From contig NC_086097.1 in assembly GCF_963921235.1 (NCBI RefSeq), positions 168,022,001 to 168,086,000 on the forward strand: 64,000 bases of DNA, written 5' to 3'. Shown one piece after another: positions 63,593-64,000 of this stretch. The translations under genes were made by a program, and so were the position numbers. The notes beneath the pieces are model-generated. The model worked only from the letters and a program-made list of their open reading frames with translations, did no database searches and had not been told where the DNA came from. Within the stretch, counting starts at the first letter, position 1. Each line of letters begins with the position of its first letter. Origin of the DNA: Mobula hypostoma. Taxonomy: Eukaryota.

Positions 63593-64000
63593 CAGGGGTC
63601 CCCAACATTTTTTTGCACCGCAGACCGGTTTAATATTGACAATATTCTTGCGGACCGGGGGGGGGGCGGTGGTGTTAATCACGACCGGAATATAGGTGAT
63701 AAGTCAATAGCATAACATTTTAAGTAACGTTTGAATATTAAACACAGCGCATATTTTCCCCGTATGAATATATAAAATCATTGCAACACACCAATATCGC
63801 TGGATCAGTGGGAGCCCTGGGCTTGTTTCCCTGCAATGAGACGGTCCCATCGAGGGGTGATGAGAGACAGCGATACTCGAAGGGTCCTTATGTCCAGTCT
63901 ATTCCGCAATTTAGTTTTCATTGCATTCATTGCGGAAAACTCCGCTTCGCAGCGATATGATGTTGGAAATGGAAGCAACGTTTTCAGTGCTTTCATGGCT
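63593..64000 (-). mobile_element. 3' end of a Charlie/Buster-type hAT transposon with transposase C-terminus (63805-63996), running off the window
   Basis: TIR CAGGGGTCCCCAAC; LLPFPTSYRCEAEFSAM..KTKLRNRLD..QAQGSH*. Confidence 0.9.

Noticed and set aside
1..64000. CRISPR arrays, operons or prokaryotic defence systems
   Set aside because: The sequence is eukaryotic with spliceosomal introns; no regularly spaced repeat-spacer array was seen

Overview
Repeat-dense vertebrate genomic DNA, probably a cartilaginous fish (inferred from the mix of CR1, Penelope, Rex1 and V-SINE/HE1-like repeats). One complete host gene is present: MPPE1/PGAP5 (metallophosphoesterase 1) on the minus strand. I traced 9 coding exons from 55272 down to 6080. 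All introns are GT-AG, phases are consistent, and the CDS is 1197 nt (398 aa). The rest is mostly transposon-derived: a near full-length CR1 LINE with intact ORF1, a second CR1 fragment, an internally deleted Gypsy element with PNMA-like gag and both LTRs, a solo LTR, a decayed 3 kb hAT transposon, a Charlie-type hAT end with a matching MITE, and Rex1, Penelope and SINE fragments. Two observations stand out. (1) Both CR1 families carry the slippery heptamer U_UUA_AAC immediately before the ORF1 stop, and ORF2 opens in exactly the -1 frame with no AUG before the endonuclease, which suggests programmed -1 ribosomal frameshifting. (2) Penelope repeats carry minimal hammerhead ribozyme motifs, with one intact-core copy sense-oriented in an MPPE1 intron. 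Boundaries of older repeats are approximate, and family names come from motif recognition rather than a database search.
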